Assembly: GCA_032718475.1 (NCBI GenBank)
Contig: JAUCBJ010003703.1
Location: forward strand, 4,990 to 68,989
Source of the DNA: Nemertoderma westbladi
Taxonomy: Eukaryota; Animalia; Xenacoelomorpha
Length of the DNA: 64,000 nucleotides
Direction: 5' to 3'
The notes under the pieces are model-generated. The model saw only the letters and a list, made by a program, of their open reading frames with translations. It ran no database searches and had not been told where the DNA came from. Shown here in pieces: positions 48,600 through 61,160 of the stretch (position 1 is the stretch's first letter; each line of letters opens with the position of its first letter). The position numbers and the translations under genes are program-made.

Positions 48600-51170
48600 A
48601 CATAGCTGACTTTGTGGCTTGCCCCACATAATAAAAAATGAAACTTTGCTGCCACTAACAACCGAATATTTATAAGAAAATGCCCATGATTCACAACCAG
48701 ATAAATAACAAGTTAGATTTACCAGTACAGGTACGGTTACCTTTCTTTTTGAAAACCATTAGATTTAACAATTAATAGAAGTCTAGGTCGCGGCGAAAAA
48801 TAATAACGCAAATTAAACAACCATACAATCGGCCTACACACTTTTTTATTATTCGAAATAAATTCGCTAACAGAAAATATCTAAACTAATTTATTTATTT
48901 ACTAATTAATCTAAACGAGAAGGTGAACAATTGTTTCTACACAATTAATTATGACGACTTTTATGGGATATGTAATATTTACTGTTCAATAATAATTTAC
49001 AATCTCCCATTCCAACACATTCCCAGAGAGTAATAATATCATCAATATAACAAATTAAGTGGATTATAATTCGATTTCTTCAGCCAAGTCCGATAGCTAT
49101 TTTTCTGAAATTTATATTGCTAATTTAATTATTTGGCATATTATGTTTGTGGCGCAGACTATAATAACGAACCTGTCTTTAGACTGGGTAGTTTTTGTCT
49201 AAAGCTGAGGCCGGCAAAAACACGATGGATATATTTACCTATATCACTCACTATATATGTCACTATATCACTCACTATGTATGTTCACCAAATGGCTTGA
49301 AACCACTTGCATGCATTGTAAAATTGTAAACGCAAGTATTTATCAATTGTTGTCTAGTTGTTGAATAAAAAAGTTGGGAACGATTCGAAGTGCGATATTC
49401 GAAATATTTGCATATTTTCAACATTATTGAACGCGAAATTAAATACCCACAACTCCCTTGCTTGAAATGTTTTTCAGGTGATTGATATTTAGCAATTATT
49501 ATGAGGTTACTTACTACTGAAATCTGACAGAATGCCAAACGTATTATTATAGTTCTATCTCTATTCAGCCAGTTAGTGTAATGTCAAGCAGTACATCATT
49601 TATATATCGTATGTATCTATAGGGCCTAATTGTCATCGTTATAATACTGTCATCAACTTAGGCTAAGCTCAATTGTAATGCAAAGGCTTAGTAGGTTTTG
49701 TATATCTGGGACGTTTACAACAGCTGTCGATTAAACTAACAAAACCATAAAACTGAACCAGGGTGGCTGCCAGCCGGGTACCAACGGCTGTTGGGTAGAC
49801 TTAAGGGAACATTTCACAAACTTTCATAGGATGCTTGTACATGTACATTATATTGGTTGCTCCGATGTTTTTATTAGGCTAACTGAGAATGTATCAGGTA
49901 TAAATACTGTAATTATAGTGTTCTTTATTTTATTTATCTAATACAGAAAAGACCCCTCCGCAGAATAAACTGCTCTTTTGGGCCGTTTCTCAGGTTGCGG
50001 CTATGGATACCATTTCACACATCATCGTAGTAATTGTGATTATGATTTGTTTGCCTAGGCGAATGTGTATTACATTAGATGGGAGGCAGCTTTTTGGTTG
50101 ATGCAAGTCATTCTTGGTTTGCATCTTCCAATCCCATCTGTTTCTTGGAGTCTGTGTAAGACAGGTTCGTTTAAAGCCATCTTGATGGCGTTCTAGTAAT
50201 AACATTGTTGACATACAGTCTTTGAACCTTTCAGTCTTTCTCAGCAGTACTTTGTGGCTCGTCCCACATAATAAAAACTGAAACTTTGCTATGACAACAC
50301 ACCCGGTTCTTTTAAATTTGCGTGATTTGATTTATGCTCGCACCACTATTTGTAAGAAATATTAAAACTTATCTTACAGTATGCCAATGTAGTAATGGTA
50401 TTAAAATATAATTAAATTAATTTACACTATTAATGCTTCAGCTAAAAAATCGTTTCAGCTAAAAAATCGTATATAATAAAAAAAATAAGAATATTTTTAA
50501 TATGTGTATATGTAATATAGGTATTACTGCTAAGTTAGGCAGTAGGCCAGAGCGGGCTCCTTAAATACATGCAACTACTGTATTATAGTGTAGGTCAACT
50601 ATAAAACATTTTGCAATCCACAGTGAGTATCGACTGCAATAGGACACAACACACTGCTTTGTGTAACTAAAATTCATTCTCCTGATCCACCCCCTAACAT
50701 AGCAGAGTGAGTAACCTTATTGTAGATATACCCTTAGGAAGCACTGGGAGAGCAATCAGCTTATGGGATAATACATTAGAAACCAACAGCTTATGTGTGA
50801 GTAAACATTGCCTTTCCTTATAGCCTACTAGTAAAACTTGGCAACCAACACGTTTTTCTATGACTGTGTATAACATATTAAGCCATATTTCATCATGAAC
50901 ACCAGCTGTTATTTTACCATTGCTTTTAATTTCGCGACAAAACAACGTCAAAAAACTAAATATATCGAATACCACACATAGAATCGATCTGAAATTTTGT
51001 AACGCGATTATGAACATCAAAAGCAATGTACTTGCAAAATTTCATCAAAATCGCCAGGCAGGAAGTGCCTTAACCTAGATAATTATCAGTCAGTCAGTAT
51101 GTCAGTCAATGTAATGTATCCTGAAGATTCTTACAGTAAGTATCCCGCTGTCAAGCGGGCTCCTAATTAT
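48600..51170 (-). mobile_element. Cluster of Helitron/Helentron-like non-autonomous elements and fragments inserted between gag and pol
   Basis: Duplicated end motif CTTTGTGGCT..CCCACATAATAAAAA.TGAAACTTTGCT at about 48610 and 50250 (small hairpin). GCGGGCTCCT motifs at about 50552 and 51154. CCCGC...GCGGG hairpin. Confidence 0.45.
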
Positions 51171-51204
51171 CTTCTATGCAATTCTGAGAACAAAATATTC
51201 TCGG

Positions 51205-53070
51205 TGCGTCATGAATTAAGTGATGGTGTCTACGATTACAACCTTCAATGTTGCATGGATTAACCAATGTGCAATCTTTAGCCTGGTGTTTACCTGATAA
51301 ACACGCAAAACATAGATAGCTACATATCTCACACGACATTCACACGATCCAATGGTGACAGTATAATGAATGCAGAGCAGTTTGGTAATAGATGTGAACC
51401 TGAACAATGTAGGCAAATTGTGGAAGATTGTTGCACTACCAATGGTTTACGTACTGTATGACTTTTAGTGAGACAAACGTGATCATAATCACTTTGATCA
51501 TAGTCATCAGCTGATGCATCTACATCTTGTGTAGCATTAATAGTTGGCATGATAGTGTTCATTGGTTTCCTCTTGAAATAATCTTTTGATGATTTCCAGT
51601 TAGTAGAATCGGATTTAGGTTTGAACTTTCGTAAAGTAGATTCTACAATCCTCATGGATATTACCTTTTTTGAAATCGAAGTATCTTAGGTCGCTCAAAC
51701 TATATGTCCTACAGTAGGTCGCAAGCCAACTGCTACATTGCTCCATTGATCTTGATATTTATTTGGTAATTTAGCTACGAGATCTCGTACATTACTCGCC
51801 GCGGTAATGTCAGAATGGTAGCTACAAGCCTTTAATGCAGATACCGATCCATGCATGTAGCTTCAACAAAAACGAAGCCAAAGACGCATAGTCATTAACT
51901 TTTACTTCAGGGATTTGTTTGAGTCGAGATATAAGTTCGGCTGCAATGAAATGGCGATCTCCATACATTCGTTTCAATTCACATAGAGTCTCGTAATATA
52001 ACGAAATCTCGTTAATCAGATCAGCTACACTCTCTCTGATCGCTGCGGTAAGGAATCCACGTAACAACGCCATCTTTTGGGCAACTGTTGGAACTACATC
52101 GTGCACTAAAGCCTTAAATGTTGATATGAAAGTTGGCCATCGAATAGGAGATCCATCGTATGGCTCGATTTCTATTTTAGGTAAAGTTTGTAGCGAGTGA
52201 ATAATAGAAGGGTCTCATTAATGGAAATCCCCTCACCTTTAGCATTATCAATCCAACCATCATGGAAGGGTGTAGACGAAGTCACTGGCCAACGAGTGAC
52301 AGGAAATGATTCTTCATTGTCCATCGAAAATGGGTTGAAAGATTGATTAACTGGACCCCGGTTATAGTGACTGTGGTGGGTAGATGTCGGCGTTGAGGGA
52401 CGCATCAATGTAGTATATCCAGGACTTTGCCAACCCTTGTTAGTAATCCACTGTTTAGATTGCATAGGCGTGGAAGGTTGAGGTGGTGGGGTCGTTCTAA
52501 CGCTTCTCTCAAAGGCCTAGATCTTTCTCTAATTTCGGATTCTTTATCAAAATGGCGAAGATCTAATTCTACTTCTTTTAGGTGTCTCTGTTCTTCTGCC
52601 AATCGTTCTTGTGACGTTTTTGTCATCAATGAATGGTGACTGGTTAATGATATGGAAGGTGGCTCGCTCATCCGTGCGAGAATGTGTGTTTCAGCATCTT
52701 TAATGCAAGTTGATATGGATTCTTCTACAACTTCCCACCATACATTACCATGGATAAAATCATCATCATCTTTGTCTAGCGAGTTTATGAATAGATCATG
52801 TGCTTCTAGGCATTCTCCCTGGGCTTCTTCCAGTCCCTTTATTAATAATCGCAATGCGGAACGGCCTCCACGAGTCTGAATAAGGTTGGTGATATCATTA
52901 ATCTTCCGTGAGATTCCATCTCTGACTTTGTCACGCAGTTTTTTAAGTCCATACTGAGTCGGTGAACCGGATGTAGCTGGCTCAGTTTCACCTGTGACAT
53001 CCATGTTAGTATTTGTAGGACTACCATCACGCGAACGAGACATAAAAGCAGACTGAAACTGGTCGAACAT
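51205..53070 (-). pseudogene. BEL/Pao gag (DUF1759 region and Zn knuckles), frameshifted
   Basis: IEPYDGSPIRWPTF (52110-52170), LKRMYG, CLHCSGSHLLPNC and following knuckles. ATG at 53070 immediately after the PBS. Confidence 0.88.
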
Positions 53071-53088
53071 TTCCCGGCCAATGCACCA
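53071..53088 (-). other. Primer-binding site complementary to the 3' end of tRNA-Gly(GCC)
   Basis: Plus strand TTCCCGGCCAATGCACCA matches the 18-nt 3' end of metazoan tRNA-Gly(GCC) including CCA, as recalled. It lies 3 nt from the LTR end. Confidence 0.88.
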
Positions 53089-53511
53089 AAATGTGTAGTC
53101 CCACGCGTTCAAAACGTTCGTTACAAGGCGGTTCAGTGGTATAGTTTATTAAACACGATTAACGACAACGACATTAACGGAACGGATATTATCAATGAAT
53201 AATATCAATATCAATAACGCAACGGAGTTTTACATATAACGCCACCAGTTTACCAAAACCTAGGTAAACACATGATGCGATGCAAACGGAATATAACGAA
53301 TAACAGTATTTGTTTACTGAAACGAATAACGATTTAGTTTCTTAAAAACTAATAACGAATAACGATTGACGAAAACGATCTAGCTTACCAAATCCTGGGT
53401 AAGCTAGGAGTGGGTTCGAATTTGAATATTTAACTTTCGAATTAGACTACAAATTCATCACTACTAAAACTAAAAACTTACATTCAAAGCTTTTATACTA
53501 AATAATTAACG

Positions 53512-55193
53512 CACTATAATAGGGGTATAACTTTTGCGTAGAGGTATAGCCTACATAGAGGCTACATGTAGGTATATGTAGCCTACATGTAGATGCACGT
53601 GTAGGGTGAATGTAGGTAGGTGTAGGTAGGTCTTTAAAAACAACAATGATGAATGAATAGGCCTACACGGGGTACCCGGACCCGAACTTCCTCGATGAGA
53701 TGCGAATGCGGCGAACGGGGGTGGTACCCGGAACAACCACGAAGAGATGCGCATATGGCGGGCGGTGGTACCCGAAACAACCAGGAGGAGATGCGAATAC
53801 GTCGAATGGGGGTCCCCTGAATACCCACGAGACGGAGCCTATCAATTCTACAGTACTGACAAAGGAAAAAACGACTGAACGATATACCGATACATACTGT
53901 AGATCTTATGATCCTGCGGGTTCAGGCATGGAGGCTAATGACTTTGTATGGGCCGAACGGCCCGAACCTGATGTTTCCAGTCAAGGAGGAATCGACTAAC
54001 GGTTAGGGTTAGAGCTCGTCGTCGGTGTCCATGAGGGTCTGAGGATGAGTGGGTAATTCAACAAAACGCTAACAATGATACCGGACTGATTGATTGAACC
54101 AGAGTGGCGATGGTAGTCGCTGATGTATATATATTATATATATCATGTATTGATTGTTAGTAGATATTTTTTTATAGTATTTGTTTATTAAATTGTCTTC
54201 AATGTCTATATTGATAATATTGTGTGCTGTGCTGATTTTACTTATTTTTCATTTTATAAATCTTGCTGTGGCCGTTTTAATCTACTAAACTGCCGTATCA
54301 ATTTCATGATATTTTAATGGATATGCAATTGAACTTCTTCTTTCTATTAACTTTCAATGCAATCAAATATAACTGTAAAGCTATTGACTTTCGTGTTATT
54401 GTTTTGCTGTTACTTCGAGATGGGATTTGAATCCCATCGGATTACTGATTAATTCCCATCATCGAGATGGGAATACTTTATAATGAAACAGTGTGGTGGT
54501 CCGCGGGATAGTGGGAAGGGACTGAGGGATGGGACTGTTGCTGGTTGGTGGAATGTGACTGTCTGAAAAATTAAAACAAACAAAACTTCCAGACTTCTAT
54601 ATTTTTACTTTCAAAACAAAACGTCCAAAACATTTCAATGCTGAAGTACTGTTCAAGTCCCATGGATGTATGGTTGATAAACAGATAAAGAGGGGCAGAT
54701 GGGGGTCAGGGTTTCTGGTAGACTATAGTCCCCGCGATGATGGCTGTTCTTGTTTAGGTTACTCTTACTTAATAAACATATAAATCAGAACGAGTTAATC
54801 TAATGGAACGATGCCATTCGTGGCGTTAGCATACTCAAATTTATTAGGGCATAATATTTATGACGAGTAAGGGACTTTAGTATAATCAGAACGCGATGTT
54901 TGATATTTATACAGTACTGCAGTATGCAGTAAAACCTGTTGTCTGACAGCAGACAGGTCTGCAGGTTGATGTACCGTATTGTACCGTGGAGATCAGAGAT
55001 TATTGCCATACATCCTGATTGACGACCGTGTATCACGTTACTGCAAGTTGACACATAAATTACATTAATATCTATGGGACTACACTTACCTACATTCACC
55101 CTACACGTGCATCTACATGTAGGCTACACATACCTACATGAAGCCTCTATGTAGGCTATACCTCTACGCAAAAGATGTACCCCTATAATAGTG
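53512..55193. mobile_element. Non-autonomous CACTA-terminated element with about 110-bp TIRs
   Basis: CACTATAATAGGGGTATAACTTTTGCGTAGAGG... mirrored by ...CCTCTACGCAAAAGATGTACCCCTATAATAGTG. Internal repeats of about 55 bp at 53660-53830. No TSD. Confidence 0.8.
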
Positions 55194-55299
55194 TCACTAA
55201 AACGAGTGTCCAATCGCAGTAAAGGTTGTATCTCATATTCGTATAGGCCTACAGTAGTTTAACGCCCTGTTTCTGACAGTTTGACAGTTATGTTTGTTT

Positions 55300-56150
55300 A
55301 CTAAAGTTAATACTTGAGACAAAATATTAGTCTTTTGGCAAATTTAAAGCATATTTGTCCAATTTTCTGAAAAACATTTCTCGAATAGAATGTGGGTCCC
55401 TTTTATTAACAATTAACTTTATTTTATTTTGTAGATCATTTAATTTGGTTAGCGAGCATAGGGGGATGTGCTGCTTTTTGATGCGCTTTTTATCCTTCTG
55501 TACTTTCTAGTGTGCGGTTGTCTGGTAGAATTAAATTGAAGGCGAATTATTCACAAATGACTGGTAACCCCACACAGATATACAGTACAGTGGTTCAAAT
55601 AAGGATGTATTAATGTGAAGTAAAGGGCCTTCAATGCCTCGGGGGTTGCAAACGCTTTAACTTTGTTAATGATACCAATATTCTTACTAATGGAGGTCTT
55701 TATTGTATGAAAATAAGGTTTACAGGAGAGTCTATCGTCTATTAAAATGCCGAGAATTTTAGCCACCTGCACTCGCTTTATTTCTTGTGAAGCTATAAAT
55801 AGTGATTGTTTAAATGTGTATTGCTTGTTTGTTGTTTTATATACTGTATTATGTAATTAGTCTTCCATATATTTAGAGAAAGTCGATTTATTCGAAACCA
55901 TTTTGCCAAGTTCACAAATAGTCTCAAGAAACAGTTGTTCTATCGATTTCGCAGAGTGTATGATATTTGTGTCATCCGCAAATAATATAAAGCCTAATTT
56001 CTCATAAATATTTACGATATCGTTGCAGTACACAAGAAACAGCAGAGGCCCCAAGATGCTTCCTTGAGGTACCCCACAGGTTATTATACGGGAATTTGAC
56101 AGATTATTATCAATACTTATACTGTTTACGACCGGAGAGATAATTTTTGA
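55300..56150 (-). pseudogene. L2/Crack-group LINE RT fragment
   Basis: CGVPQGSILGPLLFLVYCND, LFADDTN, ILGILIDDRL, LYFTLIHPYL. Confidence 0.88.
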
Positions 56151-57262
56151 AGAAACTAAGGGCGGTACCATCTATTTCATAGTGGTGTAATTTCTTCGTT
56201 CCTTGTTCGTTCTGGGATAAGGATGCCCTTGGTCCTGGATTAAGGACCCATATACTTGGCTGCAGGGGTATATGGCCTGGCCAGGCAGATGGTGATCTAC
56301 CAATGGCTGGTCAGGAGTAGAGTGTTCTCATGTCCACTCTGAGTGCACTTCACTGCGACCTGCACCTGGCAGCAGTCTATGCGCGATCATTCACCCACAG
56401 TTAAGGGAGACTGGATTCGGGTGCTTTGAAATTTATTGCGTTGCAGACCTACTGTATTATTCGATTGATCGTTACTATATAATCTCTGACAATATTATTC
56501 ACTTTCGGGGAAATATTAACAGTTCCTTTTGGACGTGGCGCTTTAAGTATAAAACAGAGTTATGACTTATACTAAACACAACGAGATGGCTACTGATTTC
56601 CGTAAATAGCGCATTCTTTAGAAGATGCTTTATTATCTGTCACCCTATTGCATACGACTTCACAATACTTCACACTGATCTGCCGACCGTCACTGAATTT
56701 GATCATATATAAGGAGGATAGCAACTGACACATGTAGGGATTATGAAATAGCATTTAATTCACACAAAAACCACTATAATGTAAGTCGCAATTGCTACAG
56801 GTAACCGGTCCCTCTTACCTTCAGTAATCAAGAAGATTGGGGTTTTATGATTATTTATCGGTATTCTCCAAATATAACAACATATCCATCAACATATAAC
56901 AATTAGTAACAGACAGTAAACAGAAGTAAAATAATGCAGTTTGGTATGACAATGTGACAATATGATATGCAGTGACAATATGATAATAGATTTACGTTCT
57001 TATAATCAAAGCCGTCTAATGTTGGCCAAAGTCTGAAACTTCTACAGAAGCCCAGAATAATTTCTAAGCCGATGTTCTGAGGCTCAGAAAGGTAAACAAA
57101 AACCGTAATGCATTGCGCGGTTTTCCGTAGGCCTCTGTGCAAGATAAAATGAAAATCGCTCTGATTGGCCGAGCGAGCTGAACAAAGAGATGTTCCACGT
57201 TTACAGTAAATCAGCTGACAGATTCCGTCATCTGAGTTCCAGTCTTTTAGAGTATTAGGCGC

Positions 57263-57392
57263 ATTGCGGCAGAAAATGGCTTGTTATGTCCGCTAAAACA
57301 CCCACACGGTACATTGCGGAGAAAATGGCTTGTTATGTCCGCTAAAACACCTACACGGTATATTGCGGAGAAAATGACTGGTTATATCCGCA
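57263..57392. repeat. About 49-bp tandem repeat (x2.6)
   Basis: ATTGCGGAGAAAATGGCTTGTTATGTCCGCTAAAACACC.ACACGGTA repeated. Confidence 0.8.
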
Positions 57393-57407
57393 AAAGCTTT
57401 TACAGTG

Positions 57408-58590
57408 GGTCATGTGCGCCAGAGTAGATATGGGTGATAGGCCTCATATCTGACTCCACTGCGACACCCACCCTGTGGAATGGCAAACCAGGGTGTGGTA
57501 TTTGCCCCGAGAGCTGACTCGGCAAAAAAGCACCCCCCAACCCCCACTATGGATTACATTAGTAATGCGGAGGTCCAGCCACTAGAGGCCAGTGGAATGA
57601 CTGGACACAATCGGCCTCACAGGCGTCAGTTATCTCCTGACCGGCTGCCTGTCTCACCCCCTACTGGAGAGAGAGCGGCAAACAATTCTTTGAGTCCCTT
57701 TCCTGATGACCTTTCTGGCCCAAACCCTGGGTCACCAGGGAGGCCACATCGTGAGGGGGAGAGGGATTCTGGAGTTGGAGGCTACTCTCATGTTCCACCC
57801 CGACCAACAAAGCCATTAGTGAATCTGAGGCAGGTCACTAGACTAGCCTCAGTAAACACCCTAACACTAGGGTCCCCAATGCGACAAGGTGAGCTGACTG
57901 CCTTGGCAGATAAGCTTTCTCTTAGTGCAGTGGGTGTTCAAGAGCACCGAATGCAGACTGGACAGACTGATGAGGTTCTGATTAAGGACATGGGGGGCGG
58001 TTGGCGACTCGCCCTCGCTTCAGCAGATGATAGTGGCAATAGGCTTTCCTTGAATAGGCTTTCCAGGATTTGGAAGTCACCGAGAATTAATCGGAAACTT
58101 AAGGTCCGATTATTCAGAGCAGCAGTAGTTCCAGTACTCCTCTATGGGAGTCCATGCTGGGCTCTAACTGCTGAGGATACCAAATCTCTGGATGGCACAT
58201 TCACAAGAATGCTACGCCGGGTTCATTGTGTCAAGTACAATGCTCACATCTCCAAGCAGACACTATATAACATTGGAGGTGTCTCATTGGTTCCCCCAAG
58301 CTTGACACTAGAACAAAATCGCCTCCGCTTTGCAGGACATTGCTTTCGCCGTGAAGACCAGCCAGTGCATAATCTTGTACTTTGGCAGCCTCATGGAGTG
58401 AATAAGCATGGTGGACAGCCCATGACTTTCTTGAGACGCATCTTAAAGGACACTGGCCTTGAAGATGCGGATGATCTAACAAATGTCATGGGTGATAGGG
58501 AGTTGTGGCGGCGCAATTTTGTCGACAACAATATTTTGCATAGCATTCTTAAAAATGCAGCTGCAATGCAGCATGCCGATCCTAGTAGTA
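57408..58590 (+). mobile_element. Internally deleted (bipartite) RTE LINE retaining both ends
   Basis: Structured 5' end and an open ORF (57480-58661) joining the APE N-terminus (ASVNTLTL...GVQEHR) near 58040 to the post-RT region (IWKS, KVRLFRAAVVPVLLYG, RLRFAGH, DRELWR). Tail GCAGCTGCAATGCAGCATGCCGATCCTAGTAGTAG. Confidence 0.85.
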
Positions 58591-58777
58591 GGAACTCTTT
58601 AGTCTCAGAGAAGCATACAGTAGAACTAATAACAAGTGATGAAATTCCCGAGGAACTGTAGGAACAATATCTTTGGGTTGACTCACAAAAAAGTCTTGTT
58701 TCGGTTAGCTTTCAAGAAATATCTGACAATTCCACACACATCTGCCAAAGATTGTTACATTAAATTCGAATTATTAA

Positions 58778-59497
58778 GGGGGGGGTACACCATTTTCGGA
58801 CAACTCTTCGATTTATCACTCTCAGCGTTTCAAAATTGTTTGGTTTTGGCTAAAATTTGGCATATAGGTGCCTAAGATGCTATTCTACATGACAGGTCAG
58901 AAAAAAAATTTTTTTCGCTATTTAATATTAGTTAATACTAGTTAACAATAAAAAAAACTTGGTTGCGCTTAAAACCCTAAGGCTTTTACAGTTTTGAACC
59001 TAATCACATGAAAGTTTTTTTATATGATAGATCAAAGATGGGGCAACATAACTATCAGGCGAAATTTTGTTAAAATAATTCTGCACCGCTAGGTGGCGCT
59101 GCAAATTTATGCTAATTTTTAGGTTTTTTATAAATAGTATTAAATTTTATTAACAAAAAATTTCGAAAAGTTGTCTGATACTTTTATGCAGGGTGGCTAT
59201 CTAGACACCCACAGGAAGTTTCAGACTAATTACTCAAAAATTGTAGAAGTAGTAGGGTTTTGAAGTTGACAATTTCATGAAAAAAATATTTGGAGATAAT
59301 CGACCTTTCATTATACATAGTAATAGTAATTTCAATAGGATTCCCTAAATGGAAATTTACATAACTTGAAAACTAAAAGAGCTATTAAATAGCGGTTTTC
59401 AGATTTGGAAACACCATTCAATGGTGCATTATAATAGACCATAAAAAAAATTTCGACATATTTTGGACCAAAATGGTGTACCCCCCCCCCCCCACCC

Positions 59498-59529
<32 letters not shown>
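58778..59529. mobile_element. Kolobok-like MITE
   Basis: TTAA at 58774-58777 and 59530-59533. TIRs G(n)TACACCATTTT / AAAATGGTGTAC(n). Confidence 0.8.
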
Positions 59530-60164
59530 TTAAACTTCGTTCTATATCCCTCAATGAGTTTGACAATATATTGTTTTCTGTATACAAAAACATAATGTTG
59601 TCCTGAATCTCCGGAGCAACAAAAAGTTATGTACAAATAAATGGCAATATCTTCTAATTAATTGAATGAATGATCTAAATAGTGAGCTACTGTATGATTG
59701 TTTAATAACCTATTATATGCATTACATAGTAATATTAGGTCCATAGTCATGGTGAAAAGTAGAATATAAAAATGTTATAAAAAAAATCTTCAAAGTCGAT
59801 TTACTCAAACATCATTACTCAAATGACCCAACGTCATTTTTGTACATAACGTGTTGTTGCCCCAAGCACTTCATTTTAAAAGGCCCTTTCTGAAATGTTA
59901 AGTTCAATTTATAATAAAAATAGTTTGGGGTGATCCATTATTTTCTACACATTCACATTCAGTTTTTTCTACACAATTTGGGGTGAGAAAAATACGATTT
60001 TTTCAGATATAATTAATTTGTAATGAATTATATTCCCATAAAGTCTAAAATTGAAGAATAATAATACTTGACTCAATATACAACTTGATATAGGATTTAC
60101 AGTTGAACAAGTTGAATGCCACAAAGTTCAGTTGTACACAGTTCGGTTCAGTCAGAGAAAGAGT

Positions 60165-60425
60165 TTAGTCTAGTTCATTGTCCAATCCATTGATAAAGTC
60201 CTCCATCTCACTGACTGTGGCATGTTTTATTATTTCACTGTAAAATGGCTTTGCGTCATTAAGGACGAGACACAACAACTCTTTGATGTCATTTCGTTTG
60301 TTAATAGATATTACCTTCCCGGCTGGCCACGATAGTGGCAAGCTCTCCATTTTCGAAAAATAGTTATCCTTTGAATGATGTTTTCTGGTTTGCTTGCGCT
60401 GGTGGTTGACTTCTTGCTCCCCCAT
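60165..60425 (-). pseudogene. Possible C-terminal fragment of a DNA-transposon protein (Sola-like?)
   Basis: LPLSWP...ISINKRNDIKELL...AKPFYSEI resembles the K..DL..LL.......FY..I C-terminal motif recalled from such transposases. Confidence 0.35.
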
Positions 60426-60479
60426 TTTTACTATATATGGTTAATTCTTGAAGTTTCAACCAGTTTATTTTAATACCAT

Positions 60480-60772
60480 TGACATCCTTTCTTATGGTTA
60501 ACTAACTCTTCCCCAATCAGTGGTGCACAGAATAAATCTTTGACAACGAACGGAGAGAGAAGAACATAATCATTACAGGTTTAACAGAAGAGCCATCGGT
60601 TCCAGATGAGGATTAGATTAAGGAATTGCTGGATGCAATGGGATTACAGGAGACAACTCCGACTGCCGATTGGAAGATAAAGCGTCTTGGACCCGTTTTG
60701 TCGATAAGCCGGCACAACATTCTTAAAAATGCAGCTGCAATGCAGCATGCCGATCCTAGTAGTAGTAGTAGA
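60480..60772 (+). mobile_element. RTE LINE 3' end with the same tail as 58545-58590
   Basis: CATTCTTAAAAATGCAGCTGCAATGCAGCATGCCGATCCTAGTAGTAGTAGTA. Upstream sequence differs from the 57408 copy. Confidence 0.75.
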
Positions 60773-61160
60773 GTAAAGTTTCGTGGTTGACTGTATCAAA
60801 GGCCTTGGAGAGGTCGATTGATATAGCAAGAGTGAAATTATTATCATCAAGTGCCTTTGTAACTTTATCAAGCAGGGTAACTACAGCAAGTTCAGTAGAA
60901 CGGTGATTGCGGAAACCAAATTGAAATTTCGTAAAAAATGCCATTTTCATGGAAATATTCTAGCGTCTGTATGTAAATAATACGTTCAAATATTTTAGAG
61001 GAAAAAGGAAATGTGCCGATAATTTTTGGGGAGTGTTGGATCATTGGCTTTGAATACAGGTACCACCCTAGCAATCTTTAGATCATCTGGGAATACTCCG
61101 GTTAATTGTAAACAGTTAATTAGTATTTAATGGGGTTAATATTGACGGCATTGTTAAGAG
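60773..61160 (-). pseudogene. CR1/L2-group LINE RT N-terminal fragment
   Basis: SKIFERII, QFGFRNHRSTELA, IDLSKAFDTVNH. Confidence 0.85.

Larger units (their letters stand above)
45660..53510 (-). mobile_element. BEL/Pao LTR retrotransposon, decayed, lacking integrase and 3' LTR
   Basis: 5' LTR end (CA at 53092 on minus), PBS, gag, protease, RT and RNase H in order. Interrupted by insertions at about 48500-51180. Confidence 0.92.

Noticed and set aside
53071-53140. tRNA-Gly gene
   Set aside because: Only the 18-nt 3' end with CCA matches, in the position of an LTR primer-binding site.
54000-54015. TTAGGG telomere-like motifs (also near 22517 and 61472)
   Set aside because: Only one or two units each, embedded in repeats; not an interstitial telomere array.
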